Assembly: GCF_030144855.1 (NCBI RefSeq)
Contig: NC_082725.1
Span: 37,510,001 to 37,574,000 of the forward strand
Origin: Hypanus sabinus
Lineage: Eukaryota
Reading direction: 5' to 3'
DNA: 64,000 nt
Shown: positions 52,342 through 64,000 of the stretch, piece by piece
How the letters are laid out: every line of letters starts with the position of its first letter
Numbering within the stretch: position 1 is the stretch's first letter
The notes under the pieces: model-generated
What the model was told of the DNA's origin: nothing
Database searches by the model: none
What the model saw: only the letters and a program-made list of their open reading frames with translations
Program-made: the position numbers and the translations under genes

Positions 52342-53179
52342 ACTTGTTGTACAAGTATTATTTATACAGAGTTTGCAGTTATATATACTCTTATATACAG
52401 AGTCCTACAAGTTTGCAGGACATACAGTATATAAAGATATAGTACATATATTTGCAACATTCCAGTTCTGAATCTGGTGAACTGAGATATCTCAATGCAC
52501 AACGGTTATTGCTGCCAACCAATGCAGACCGCAGGGGCCATTTTTTGCCGCAGTGCCCCAGTCCGCATCAAACCACTCAAAAACAGCAAATAAAAGAGAA
52601 ACCAGAATCCAGGAACACATCAAACATGAACCACAAAGTCCCCAAAGTGAGTCCACAGCCTCGCAGATCAATCCTGGCAATGTGGATCTCAAGACTCCTG
52701 TACTTTCCTCCGACAGCAAGTAGTGAGATGGAGTGGAAGACCGGTCCACCGCAGGTAGACAGAGTGACCACCAGCCCATCCTCTGCTTTTGTCTCAAATG
52801 GAGAGAAGCAATGGCATCAAACATGGTCTTGCGTCCTCAACATCTCAGTAGGGAGAGAAGCAATGGAGTTGATCATGGGCTCTCAGTCTCGTCGCCTCAG
52901 TTGGAGAGAAGCAATGGAGCTGATCATGGGCTCGTGCCCCATCTCCAAGCTTCCAGGTGTCCAGCTGAACATTACATACCAAACTTCACCAGACATCCTC
53001 AGATTGCCAGATTGCTCAATTGCAGATTGCAAAGTGCCAGATTGCTCAATTGTCTCGAAAACACACCATCAAAATGTAATTCACAAGTTCTATCACATGC
53101 AGCTTAGTAGTGGAATATTATTTGAAAGAAGTAGTTTCATGACCTGTCAGCAGGATGTCGCCATTGGTCATGTGGTTCA

Positions 53180-54790
53180 CTAGCACCATCTTGCCCCTCA
53201 TTAAGAGGTTTATGCTGTATGTTGCTTTACCCTCTATGTCAACAAGCAACACACAATGATAGTTTTAACTCAAGAACATGGAGACTGACAACATCCTGTT
53301 GGTTATTACTCTGCCAAAGATCTGATTCTATACACAGATGGCTCCTCGAGGATTGAATGAGGAACTCAAATGGCTCATGGTACCTACGCACAACAGGCAG
53401 AACTGAAAGTTCTGATTGAAGCCTGCAAGATGGCAAAAGGAAGATCAGCTAACACCTACACTGACTGTCAATATGCTTTTGGAGTTGTTCATGATTTGGA
53501 AACAAAGTGGAATTCTTAAGGCAGTAGGAACTCCAATCAACAATGGCCAACTAGTACAAGTCGTACAACTGTCATCAGAAGTTGCTGAATTAAGATGTAA
53601 AAGCCACTCCAAAATGACTGCAATGGAAATCTGTGAAAGTACATCCACGGATAAAATTGCAAAAAGGGCAGAATGAAAGGCTAAAAGAAATTTTGAAAAT
53701 AGAAGTACCAAGACCATAAGTAGTGAACCTAACAACTGGAATTATGGAAACAAGGTTGAACTTTGTATCATAGACAAATATACAAGATATTTGAGAGATT
53801 CAAGCTCAATGCTCTAACCAGGAAAAGTAGTTCTGGATGGAGAATGGTGGGAAGTTAATCATAATTAAGTATAGAGATATGACAAAAGTCATAGACTTGT
53901 TGCTTCCTTATCTGGCACAGCAGATACTCTCCCTAAGACACATTAGAGAAGAGAAGATAATCAACAGATACTCACAATGGTAGTGAAATCCAAAGTTCAG
54001 GGCATAGGCTCAACAAACGCTTGAAAGATACATTACATGCCAGGAAATGAATCGTGGAGCAGCAGAAAAACTATCATGGTCAAGTGCTCCTGCGCCACTG
54101 GTCTACACGTGTTTGCCAAAGTGTCAAAGATACCCAGGTCTTCTAGTAATAGTAGCCAAGTTTCAAAGTGAGTAGAAGCTATTCCAGCAAAGAAAGCCAT
54201 AGCAAATACTCTGGTCAAGGACTACATTCCGAGATGATGAATTGGTACTGACCAAGGAACACATTTCACTAGGAGGGCTTGTCAGGAATTATGTCAATTG
54301 ATAAACATTAAATGGTCTTTCCAATTTCCACATCACCCAGACAAGTTGAATGAATGAATGGAACCATCAAACAACGGCTTACTAAGTATCATGAAGAAGG
54401 CATACCCTGGACTTGTGTAGCATCAGAGCAACCCCAAACAAGAAAATAAACTAAGTCCATCTGAGGTGTTAACAGGGCATACCTTGTCACTGCCGGGAGT
54501 TCTCGATCTCAGAGATACCAACATACACATTATGGCTGACAGTTTAGTTAACTATTGTATGAAATTAACTCAGACTGTCCTGTCTGCTTGTCAACAGGTT
54601 TCTGCTGTTTGGAGTGATCCAACAGAAAGAGTGATCACTCACAATCCAGATGAGTAAGTCCCAATTAAGAAACCACATATGGAACCACTGGGGGCAAGGT
54701 GGGAAGGTCCTTATCAAGTTCCGTTAATTACTGACTTGCAGGTGAAGATAGAAGGCAAAATTGAGTGAATACATGCTAGCCAGTGCAAGT
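53180..54790 (+). mobile_element. Endogenous retrovirus pol remnant (class I, gamma/epsilon-like): RNase H and integrase
   Basis: HPVGYYS, LILYTDGSS, AQQAELKVLIEAC...ANTYTDCQYAFGVVHD and GTPINNG (RNase H); VEAIPAKK, IGTDQGTHF, MNGTIKQRL, LSPSEVLTG and LGARWEGPYQV...IHASQCK (integrase); RH-IN order; many stops. Confidence 0.8.
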
Positions 54791-55430
54791 GAGCAAAAGT
54801 GGCACCCAATGAGGACAACAAGTGCAGTGGTTAGTATTCCCATAACATCTGACACAGTGCCTGACACAGAAAATCACTAACCAATCAGAAGACTTTGAAC
54901 AAGTCAAGAACTACTGGACTTTATGAAGTTTATTTCCATAACTTAGGTAGTCTTTGATAATTTTATACTTAACGTAGACACCACAAGTTTTTCTGCCTTT
55001 CAATTTTGAAATTTAATTATTCTAAATGTGTGATTTAGAATCAAAGAGTGACTGCTGGATGAGATTAAACAGTTTAATTATTACTTTCTTTGCAGTTAAA
55101 CAATTTATGCTTGCTAGTTTGTTTTATAACTACTGATATACATTTTGTTGTTTATCATTTCTTCTAGTGATTTTGGTATGTATATGCAACAGTTCAGTGT
55201 GTCCCCTAGTGGTTACAGATCTTTGTATCATTCTGGAAAGCTCTGGAAGTTTCTCTGGTGCTGCATTATTTGAATAAGGGGCTACCTAATTGGTTGAATC
55301 TTCTCCGAGATAAGATTATCAACTATTAACTACATTGCTGTAGTTAGAAGTTCCCACCTGCTTCAAAAGGACCTCAATCATACCAGTTTGAAAGGAAATA
55401 AAAGATAGGTAGCTTGGGTTGCCTGCTTGG

Positions 55431-55942
55431 TTGTAGGGTTTTTCGCTGAGCTTGGAGGTTAGGTTGCAAACATTTCATCACCAGCAAGTCCTACTGAAGG
55501 GTTTTCGCCTGAAATGTTGACTGTGCTTTTTTTTCCATAGATGCTGCCTGGCCTGCTGAGTTCCTCCAGCATTTTGTGCATGTTGCTTGGATTTCCAGCA
55601 TCTGCAGGTTTTCTCTTGTTTGTGATTTTGTCACCAGTCAAGGTGCATCATCAGTGCGCAAATGAGTGTTGTTTCTGCAAAATGTTCGTGTTTGTATAGG
55701 TCTCACTCATTGTTCTGATTGGTTGGCTGTCTCACTGGCTGCTAGACTCAGCTGGGGCCCAGCCAGGTATCTTCTAGGACCCAGCAGAGCTTAGCGGCCA
55801 GTGCAACACTCAACCAATCAGAACAACAAGTCAGGCCAATATCAATGCATAAACAGCACTCAATTGTGTGCTGATGATGCCACCTCAACTAGTTATGCAT
55901 TGTTTCCAACCTAACCTCCAGATATGGCAAACAACTCTACAA
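55431..55942. mobile_element. Fold-back element of a second hammerhead-bearing (Penelope-type) family
   Basis: 55431-55760 (minus the insert) and 55778-55942 are inverted copies (ttgtag..ggaggttaggttg; gcatcatcag; ttgttctgattggttg; cactggc); each arm carries CTGATGAT. Confidence 0.7.
55485..55624 (+). mobile_element. Family-1 Penelope terminal repeat inserted into the family-2 hammerhead
   Basis: Flanked by atttcatcaccag (55472-55484) and attttgtcaccag (55625-55637); begins agtcctactgaagggttttcgcctgaaatgttgact. Confidence 0.75.
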
Positions 55943-55944
55943 AT

Positions 55945-56447
55945 AGTCCTACCAGTGCCATGAGGAACAGAGTGAGCTGCCTCAACAACTGTCACCCAGT
56001 GGCACTCACATGGGTCATGGCCAGAATCTACTCATGCCTACACAAGGATCTGGAACTGCTGCAATTTGCCCATCACCACAGTAGTCCTCTGTGGATGCAG
56101 TCTCCCTGGTTCTCCACTCGGCCTAAGGTCACCTAGAAAATAGTAATATCTATGTAAGGCCGCTGTTTATTGACTACACCTCAGCATTCAGCACAATCAT
56201 ACTCTCTGTTCTAATCAACAAGCTCCAAAACCTGGGCCTCTGTACCTTCCTCTGCAAGTGACTTCCTCACTGGGAGACCACGATCTGTGCAGAGTAGCAT
56301 CTCCTCCTTGCTGAACCGTGGTGCACCTCAAGAATAGGTGCTTAGCCCACTACTCTACTCTCTCTACACCCATGCTGTAATTGTGTGGCTCGGCACTGCT
56401 CTAACCCAATCCATACATTTGCTGATGACACATCTATTGTTGGCAGA
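55945..56447 (+). mobile_element. Rex1/Babar RT fragment
   Basis: [34 protein letters not shown] and FADDTSIVG motifs. Confidence 0.8.
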
Positions 56448-57030
56448 ACAACACACAGAAAATGCTGGAGGAACTCAGCAGGTCAGGCAGCATCTATGGA
56501 AATGAATAAACAGTTGTCGTTTTGGGACAGGACCTTCCTTCAGGGCTAGAAAGGAAGAGGGAAGATGCCAGAATGAAAAGGGAAGAAGGACTAGCTATAA
56601 AATGATAGGTGAAGCCAGGTAGGTGGGAAAAGTGAAGGGCTAGAGAAGAAGGAGTCTGCTAGGAGATGAAAGTGGACCATGGGAGAAAGTGAAGAAGGAG
56701 AGTCAACAAGGGGAGGTGTTAGGCTGGTGAGAAGGGATAGAAAGTCAAAGCCAAAATAGAAGAGGGCAGGGGAAGGGAAATATTTACTAGAAGGAGAACT
56801 GAAGTCCATGCCATCAAGTTGGAGGTAAACAGATTGAATATAACATGCTGCTCCTCCACCATGAGGGTGGCCTCATTTTGCACAAGATGAGGTCATGGAC
56901 TGATGTGTTAGAACGGGAATGGGAATCAGAATTAAAATGTTTGGGCACCAGGAAGTTCTGCTTTTGGTAAATGGAGCAGAGGTGCTCAACAAAGCAGTTT
57001 CTTAATTTACGACGTGTCTCACCCACATCA
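56448..57030 (-). mobile_element. Penelope-like 3' fragment (GIY-YIG end and terminal repeat)
   Basis: GETRRKLRNCFVEHLCSI...HFNS motif; terminal repeat at 56448-56550. Confidence 0.8.
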
Positions 57031-58030
57031 AGAACAAACTTACATCTATTTCTCTTGTATTTCCTAATCCTCTGGAGATAAGATTTTTAAAAAAATCAGA
57101 AAGTCTGCACTGACGTTCCTTTGTTCCATATCTGCTTTAATTAAAACCTTGTCTTTGGTGTGTGGGTTCCTCTTTGGCATTCAGATATGTATTCATAAAA
57201 CTGAGAGTGAAGTTGCACACCCACTATGAAAGACAAATACTTCAATACATCAGCTTCCAAGCCAACTATTCCTAGAAGTTAAAATTACAGTATGGTGAAT
57301 TTCTGAAAGTGCACTTCTTGCTCAGTACTGCTCTTGGCAGCCCAGACATTATGGCTAGATTCTCTAATAAGGCACAATCTGATCCTCAGACAACAGCCAA
57401 AGTGATTCATTGTATTAAATTGCTTAATAGTAATTACAGTTATGGTGAAAAGAATATTACATCCTCAATTTTAAGGGAATCTCTGGCCGTCAACAGCACA
57501 AAGCGGAGAAGGAACATGAACGATGGCATTATCAGGAGCCTGCAGAAGCCCAGCATAAATGGTAGAAGAGTGCAGCATCTTTCAATTCATCCTTCCCCAC
57601 CTTTGGCAGAGTCTGCTCTTCTACTGTGGCTTATCAAGCACCTTGGAACAAAGACAACTGCAGAGCAAGTCCCCCTCAATCCCAAGGAATTGCCTAGGTA
57701 GGAAGATAAGGATTTGTTTTAAGGATAACAGAGTCAGTTTTGTTCATTGTCATGATACAGTATTCATTAATGTAAATGATACATTTTCTTAAGTATGTGC
57801 TAGAAAATACTGGAAAAGCACATGAAGAACAGATAGGATTTACATAGTGGAAAATGATCGGCCTTTCTGGCCATGATTTCTCATCAGAACTGGAAAGAGA
57901 TGGTGTTGCATTTGTTGCTGAGCAAATACAAAGTCAAGGAAAGAGGGAGGGCAGGAAAGAACAAAAGGGAAGGATGATGATAGAATGAACCCAGGAATGA
58001 ATAAACATCAGTGGGATGTTACAAAGAGAA

Positions 58031-58246
58031 GGTCCAAACAAGCGAGAATCTGCAGATGCTGGAAATCCAAGCAACACACACAAAACGCTGGTGGAACTCA
58101 GCAGGCCAGGCAGCAACTATGGAAAAAAATATGGTCAATGCTTTGGGCCAAGACCCTTCAGCAGGTGTCGGCCCAAAACATCAACTGTACTTTTTTCCAT
58201 TGATGCTGCCTGGCCTGCTGAGTTCCTCCAGCATTTTGTGTGTGTG
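58031..58246. mobile_element. Penelope-derived mini fold-back element with TSD
   Basis: Arms ~58073-58150 and 58167-58246 are inverted; TSD tgttacaa(a/g)gagaa at 58017-58030 and 58247-58260; the arms join inside the hammerhead motif. Confidence 0.82.
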
Positions 58247-58639
58247 TGTTACAAGGAGAAATTAATGGGCAAGAGATAAAAAGAATAAATAGCATTGTAA
58301 GCTCATTATCAACAGCTGTTAAGTGATATCATTGTTAACATGATTTGAGAGTTGAAAAGCACCTTATTGGAAAATGAGATGTTATTCCTCAAGTTTCCAT
58401 TGATGCTTGTTTAAAATACTTGAAATCTTGGTTGGAGTGGGAATGGGGTGAAAAATTAGATGATGTCGACAGAAGAGTTCATTGAAGTGATTATTGTAGC
58501 TGTTAGGTTTTACTTCAGTAAGCTTACTTTAAAATAGTATTCTCATAATCTGGTTTCTGAGAATCCCAAAAGCAGTTACTAAAACAGGACATTCGGCGTC
58601 ATACTGCCTTTACCAATCTCATTTACCAGTAGTGGATCC

Positions 58640-59010
58640 ATAGTTTTCTGTGATTTGCTGATTCAAATGCTCATCTAAATACTCCCTTAGCATTGTGAGA
58701 ATTTCTACCTCTACCACCAACTCAGGCAATGCATTCCAGATTCTAACCACCCTCCAAATGAAAGTAAGTTCTTACTTCAATCCTCCAAATCTTACTATAA
58801 GCCTATGTCCTCAAGCTTTAGATAGTTCTACAAGGGGATATTGCCTTTAGATATTGTAAATCTTTTTCAGTTTTCCCCTTAGCTGCCTCCACTCCAAGAA
58901 CAAAAAACCTCACCCTATCTAATCTCCTCTTGTAATCAATATACTTCATTCCAAGCAAGATCCTAATGATGCTCTTCTACATCCTCTCCAGAGCAATCAA
59001 GTCCTTTCAT
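58640..59010 (-). mobile_element. Old CR1 3' fragment
   Basis: ggcaatgcattccagattctaaccaccctc and ctccactccaagaacaaaaaacc resemble a reversed CR1 3' region. Confidence 0.55.
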
Positions 59011-59871
59011 GTATAGGATCCATTCACAGGACTTCAGCATAAAAACTTAGGCTGATGCTGTACTGCAGTATTGAAAGAGACCAGCTCTGTAAGGTGATTA
59101 TTAACCTACAGCCCTGATCTATTCTGGTCCATCTACTGGCACATTAAATTAGAGACCTCTGGTGAGCTGATGTCAGTGGCCTATGCCCCAGCAGGGGTAA
59201 CCTTAATGTAAAGCCAGAAAATTTGATCATGGGAAGAGGCAGAGTTTTTTTTTAAACAAATCATTTCTGGCTTCTTTATTTGTTTTGTCACAAAGCAAAT
59301 GAGAAGTAGGAATGAGTGTGAAAAGATGCAAGATGGGAAATCAGTACCTACAGTCTTTCTGTAAATGGACAAATTGCAGGGTTAAATCTCTGACAAGAGT
59401 CCATGAAAGGAAGCAAAGGAAGCACCGCTATTTTTTCTGCTCTAACTTTATTTCAGCTTCCAGTCTCCCTTTCTTAATAAGCAGATTCAGATTGATAGGT
59501 CTTTACTCCCCTCCAGCTGGATAATTATTCATGTCCCCAGCAAGATTCATCACATGACTCCAACAACCACATTCCTATAGTCCCACCGTTGATCACACCG
59601 TTCATCCAACTTCTTGTCCTATGCCCTTACACCACCAACCGGAAGGCATGTACGGTTATCCATTGGGATGATTCGTGATTAAGTCAAATAGTTCCAGCGC
59701 TACCCACCCCACCATAAATATTCTTTGAAACACAGAGATTAAAATACTTCTTTCAGTGTTCTTCATGTTCCTTCTCATTGATCTTCCAGATCTGCCAAAT
59801 CAGCATCTGGCAGATGTATTAATTCCTGGACACAATAGATCAAGCAAGGTATTTTCACTCAAACAGATATT

Positions 59872-60140
59872 AGTTGTGGCTCAGAGATCTACTCTGAACC
59901 TGTCAGTCATCAGTTTTCAGTTACATTTACAGAATCTTGGGTAAAGTACTCAGGAGGTTTTGACTTACAGATGATATATTGAACATTCTAAACAAAGAGA
60001 TTGCAGTGCCCACTTTAAGGAGTATTCTCCCAAGTGTATGGGCCAATATTTATCTCTTAAGAACCATAACAAAAATGAGATTCTCAAGTTATTTACGTTA
60101 TTTCCCCAAGTGGAGTTTTGAATTTGCACCAACAAGGGAA
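59872..60140 (+). mobile_element. Ancient Deu-domain SINE (SacSINE1/AmnSINE1-like); fragments also at ~6870-6990, 16800-16920 (-), 49085-49270 (-) and 59030-59130
   Basis: ggagtattctcccaagtgtatgggccaatatttatctctt resembles the Deu core as I recall it (GGGGAGTTCTCCCCGGTGTCCTGGCCAATATTTATCCCTC); heavily diverged. Confidence 0.45.
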
Positions 60141-60349
60141 TGCATGTTTTCTTTGACAGGTAGAGAATGCCATGAACATTTAAAAGGTCGGGCAGCATCT
60201 GTGGAGAGAGGTGCAGAGACACTATTTCAGGTAATGATCTTTCATGACTAATTAAGTTTATCTTGAGACTGTATAGTGCATGAATAAAAATGATGGAAAT
60301 CCTTGATAACTGTGTATAGTTTGATTGTCCTACATATAAATAAATAATA

Positions 60350-60745
60350 TATTTTCCATAGAGGAAGTATAGTGAATATTCATTAGACTGGTTACCGAAG
60401 TTATGTGTTTGCCATATGAAGATGGATTGAGTAGACCATGTCTGAGTTCTCTAGAGTTTAGAAGACTAAAGGGAGATCCCATTAAAACCTACACATTCTT
60501 AACAGACTGAATGCTGGGAGGATGTTTCTCCTTGTGGAGGATCTGATTCTCAGAATATAGAATATTTAGGACTGAGATGAGATGTAATTTCTTCATGATA
60601 TGGGAGTTAACCCCTTGGAATTCTCTTCCCTGGAAAAGTATGGAGAATCGGTCATTGAGTTCATTCAATACAGAAATCATTACATTTCTAGGTAGGGAAT
60701 CAAGGACTCTGGGAATAGTGCAGGAAAGCGTTGTCAAGGGAGAAG
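60350..60745 (+). mobile_element. Old CR1 3' fragment
   Basis: ttctctagagtttagaaga...gggagatcccattaaaacctac...tggaattctcttccc. Confidence 0.6.
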
Positions 60746-62489
60746 CAAAGACACAGGAGAGAGAGTAAAGGCAATATGAAAACATAGCACTTAATGTGGC
60801 TATCTTGACTGGGGTTTAATCCTAACGTCTGGCACTATCTGTGTGGAGTTTGCACATTTCACCTGTGCAGTTGCTTTCCATGGATGTCCTGGCTTCCTCC
60901 TGCATCCCAAAAACATGCTGATGAATGTAACGACACCTGTAAGTAACCCCCATGTAAGGAGTCGGAAAAGGGTGAGGAGCATGTGAAAGAGAACAGTCTG
61001 CAAGGTTACGGGAGCGGGGGGGATTGGGACTGAAAGGGTTGCTTTGCTAGGAGACAGCATGGACCAGAGTATTTTTATGGTGTCACAATCAATCTCTCCC
61101 TTCCACTGAGTTCACTAATTTTAAAGTGACCATACAATTCCAAGACTTTTATTCTCAATTTGCAACAAGACAACTTTTATATTGATTTCAGGAGCTGAAG
61201 GGTTCAGATAATATCTCACAATAGGTTAGGCTGAGCTTATTAGTTTAAAACTACAAACAAAGATGTTTGTCTCCAGTGACGCAGGATTTTGCCATCATAG
61301 GTGAGCCAAGATAATCAATGTCAGAAGTCAATTCAACTATGAAAATGCCACAAGTCAGCCAGATCTTGCAAGCTCCTGTACACTGTCACAAGACACCCAT
61401 TGCATAGTGAGCCCCAATGGAATTTACGGAATAATACCAACAAAAGTAATGCTGGTATTTTGTAATTTCCTCACGCATCACATTTCAATGTTCCAGAGAC
61501 AGTTCAAGGTGATGTTTATGACACATTAAACCTAGGGGTCCAGACCTGAGGCTTGAGGTTCAGCACACAGACAAAAAGAAATCAATGTAAAAGCTGATAT
61601 AGATAATATCAGCAATGTATTTCAAATTACAGATAAACATTTCATCAATTATGAATGAAGATTAATCAATGGTGTGCAGAGAAATTTAAATTTGATGCTT
61701 TTTGGACGGTCATGCACATGCAGTGTTTATTTTTTTAGTAAATAACTTCATGTACAACAGATTTTAAATTGTCGTGCTCACAATCCAACCTAGGGTCGGA
61801 ACGTGGCCATCCTTTTGCTACCCTTGGGTACGTCCCAGATTCACTCAGTGAAGTAAGTGCGCCATGCAAACCCTCAGTGGATTTGTCACCATGTGCTGAA
61901 TTAGCTGGGCACAATATTTGGTTTTTAATGCCTCTTGATTAAAGGGCAGACAGTTAACTCAGATTCCCAAGCCCGATGGCTATTCAGTGATGGTAGTAGA
62001 GAGAGTGGTAGGTGAAAAAACGATCGATTTAGAACTCTCCACCAATTTCAGAATAAAATCCACTGACACTTATTGACAGTCCCTCTAGATTTCTCTGCGA
62101 TTTGTGAGAACCATCCAGAGGAAAACAGTTAAGCCATTGAAAAAGCAGAAAAGATAACAGAATATGCTGGTCTTTGGTTTAAAATGTTAACTGCTTCTCT
62201 TTCCACAGACGCTGCCTGACCTGCAGAATAGTTCCATGTTTTATTTTTATCTCAAATTTCCAGTCTGCAGTGTCTGACTTCCACTAACTCTTGGAAAGCA
62301 CTGTAATAGGCTGGTGACCAGTTGTTGGTTCTACTTACAGGAAAACTGTCAGCATGGTTATTTTGGGCTGAAGTGCCTACTCCTACTTTATGACTTGACC
62401 GTTTTAAATCTTTTGAATACTTCACAATATTAACTGATAAAACTTTGCTGAAGTAGCTGGACGTCCAAGCTGGCCATGGCTTACTCATT

Positions 62490-63060
62490 TTCTAGCTGAG
62501 CGTGGGATGGTAAATGCTGGGTGACCGGATGTACAAGGTGGCTGCTACAGGAATGTAACAGTGGCAAGCTAAGGCTGCCAGTCCATTGTTGGTGGTGTTT
62601 TGGGCAAAGGCATCAACGCAGGTGATGCCAACAGGCTCAATAAACTGATTAGAAAGGCTGGCTCTGTTATAGGAGTCAAACTGAACACACTGGGGCTGTG
62701 GTAGAACAAAGGAACCCATGGAAAATCCAGGCAGTTCTGGACGATGTTTCTCACTCTCTGCATGCTACCTTGGCTGGACAGAGGAGCACTTTTAGTAATA
62801 GACTAAGACAACTGTGCTGCTCCAAAGAGTGCTATACGAGGTCATTCTTACCCTTAACCATTAGACTCTATAATGAATCAACCTATAGCCAGCGAAGTGA
62901 TAACACCCTCCTGTTAGACTGTATGTGGTAAATTATTTTTTATCCTTCTCCGTAGTAACTTTTTAAAAATCTTTTTCTGCCTTCCCTTCTAATATTTGTA
63001 TATCTGTGCACTTGTAATGCTTGTGTGACACTGTAAGTTCCTTTATCTATCCATCTAAAC
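62490..63060 (+). mobile_element. Rex1/Babar-like 3' fragment
   Basis: RLNKLIRKAGSVIG...LDDVSHSLHATLAGQRSTFSNRLRQLCCSKECYTRSFLPLTIRLYN; (tcta)n tail. Confidence 0.8.
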
Positions 63061-63469
63061 CACCAAAGCCAAGTCACTATATGTTCATGGTTCCTGAGGA
63101 CAAGAAATAGTTTTACTGAGACCAAGACGATCAAAAAATAGACATACTGTAAAAATATACCACTGAACCTATACTTAAAAAAAATTCCTTTAGAGCTCCT
63201 CCTGTTAATTCTAGTTTCCTAATTAAATACTGACCAGACATGCTATACTGCCTATTTGTAACTAGGGTTACAGTAAAGGAAGGACATATCCTCAGGCTAT
63301 GAAAACAATAGCAATGCTACCCAACCCTATTGCTCTCTGGCTTACTGTAAACAACTGGAAAAACAGCAGCACATCAAACCCAAATAAACTATGCCAATAC
63401 ATGAGCACCACAGCAGAATCCGCCTATTCGAGGTTCAACGATACCGAGTATGAACAGGAGTAGTACTGA

Positions 63470-63730
63470 AGGTCAAACAAAAAAGCTGCAGATGCAATCT
63501 GAAATAAAATGGAAACCGTCATCAGGTCAAGCAGCATCTGCAGAAAGAAAATATACTAGTGTTTCAAGCTTGACCATTTATCAGGAACTGGGAAAGAAGG
63601 GAAACAAGCGAGATTGCAGATGCTGGAAATCTGGGTAACACACAAAAGGCTGGAGGAACTCAGTGGCTCAGACAGCATCAATGGAGGAAAATGAACAGTC
63701 AACTTTTCAGCCTGCAACCCATCATCAGAG
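63470..63730 (-). repeat. Two tandem Penelope terminal-repeat fragments
   Basis: tgcagatgc...gaaat...cagcatc blocks occur twice, each ending in a degenerate hammerhead (ctgataaatgg; ctgatgatggg...gaaaagtt). Confidence 0.65.
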
Positions 63731-64000
63731 TTTAGTTTCAGGTAGGAGAAAAGTTGAGTGAGGGTGTTAGGGATAATTATGGATAGCAGATATTAGTTAA
63801 GACAAGGACACCAGAGAACCAGTCTTCAGGAAACAAAACCTGTTCACAATTTAACGGCAATTGTTTCTTTAAGGCAATTGAAACCAATCACTGAGTGTGG
63901 GATATTCTAATTCTGTTCCATTGACACCCTGAGAGGAAGGCAATAGTTGAATGTTCATGTTAATTGTTGGTGATTAGAAACTTCACAATGGGATCAGAGA

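Noticed and set aside
52452-53183. 243-aa ORF, the longest in the window
   Set aside because: Overlaps a reversed non-autonomous repeat with internal direct repeats (REAMELIMGS twice, PDCSI twice); non-ATG start; no domain.

Overview
Eukaryotic, repeat-rich vertebrate genomic DNA. The mix of CR1, Rex1/Babar, Penelope, tRNA-SINE and Deu-SINE repeats suggests a cartilaginous fish, probably a ray (inference). The only host coding sequence I can support is on the minus strand: two homologous first coding exons of the Na+/H+ exchanger 3 gene SLC9A3, at 45835-46096 and 1077-1353, about 45 kb apart. Each has a strong-Kozak ATG, a phase-1 GT donor, a CpG island and a TATA promoter, and the two core promoters are homologous (29/37 nt, ungapped). 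I found no internal SLC9A3 exons between them by eye. This fits one gene with duplicated promoter+exon-1 modules that splice to a shared exon 2 left of the window. The rest is intron or upstream DNA full of decayed, often nested elements: Rex1, CR1, L1, Gypsy, a class-I ERV pol remnant, Tc1 and hAT MITEs, and SINEs. About 20 Penelope-derived terminal repeats carry a minimal type-I hammerhead-ribozyme motif. A second, unrelated hammerhead family forms a ~510-bp fold-back, and a family-1 copy has inserted into its ribozyme. No single ribozyme copy is fully intact. Repeat boundaries were estimated by eye and are approximate unless TSDs or TIRs are quoted.
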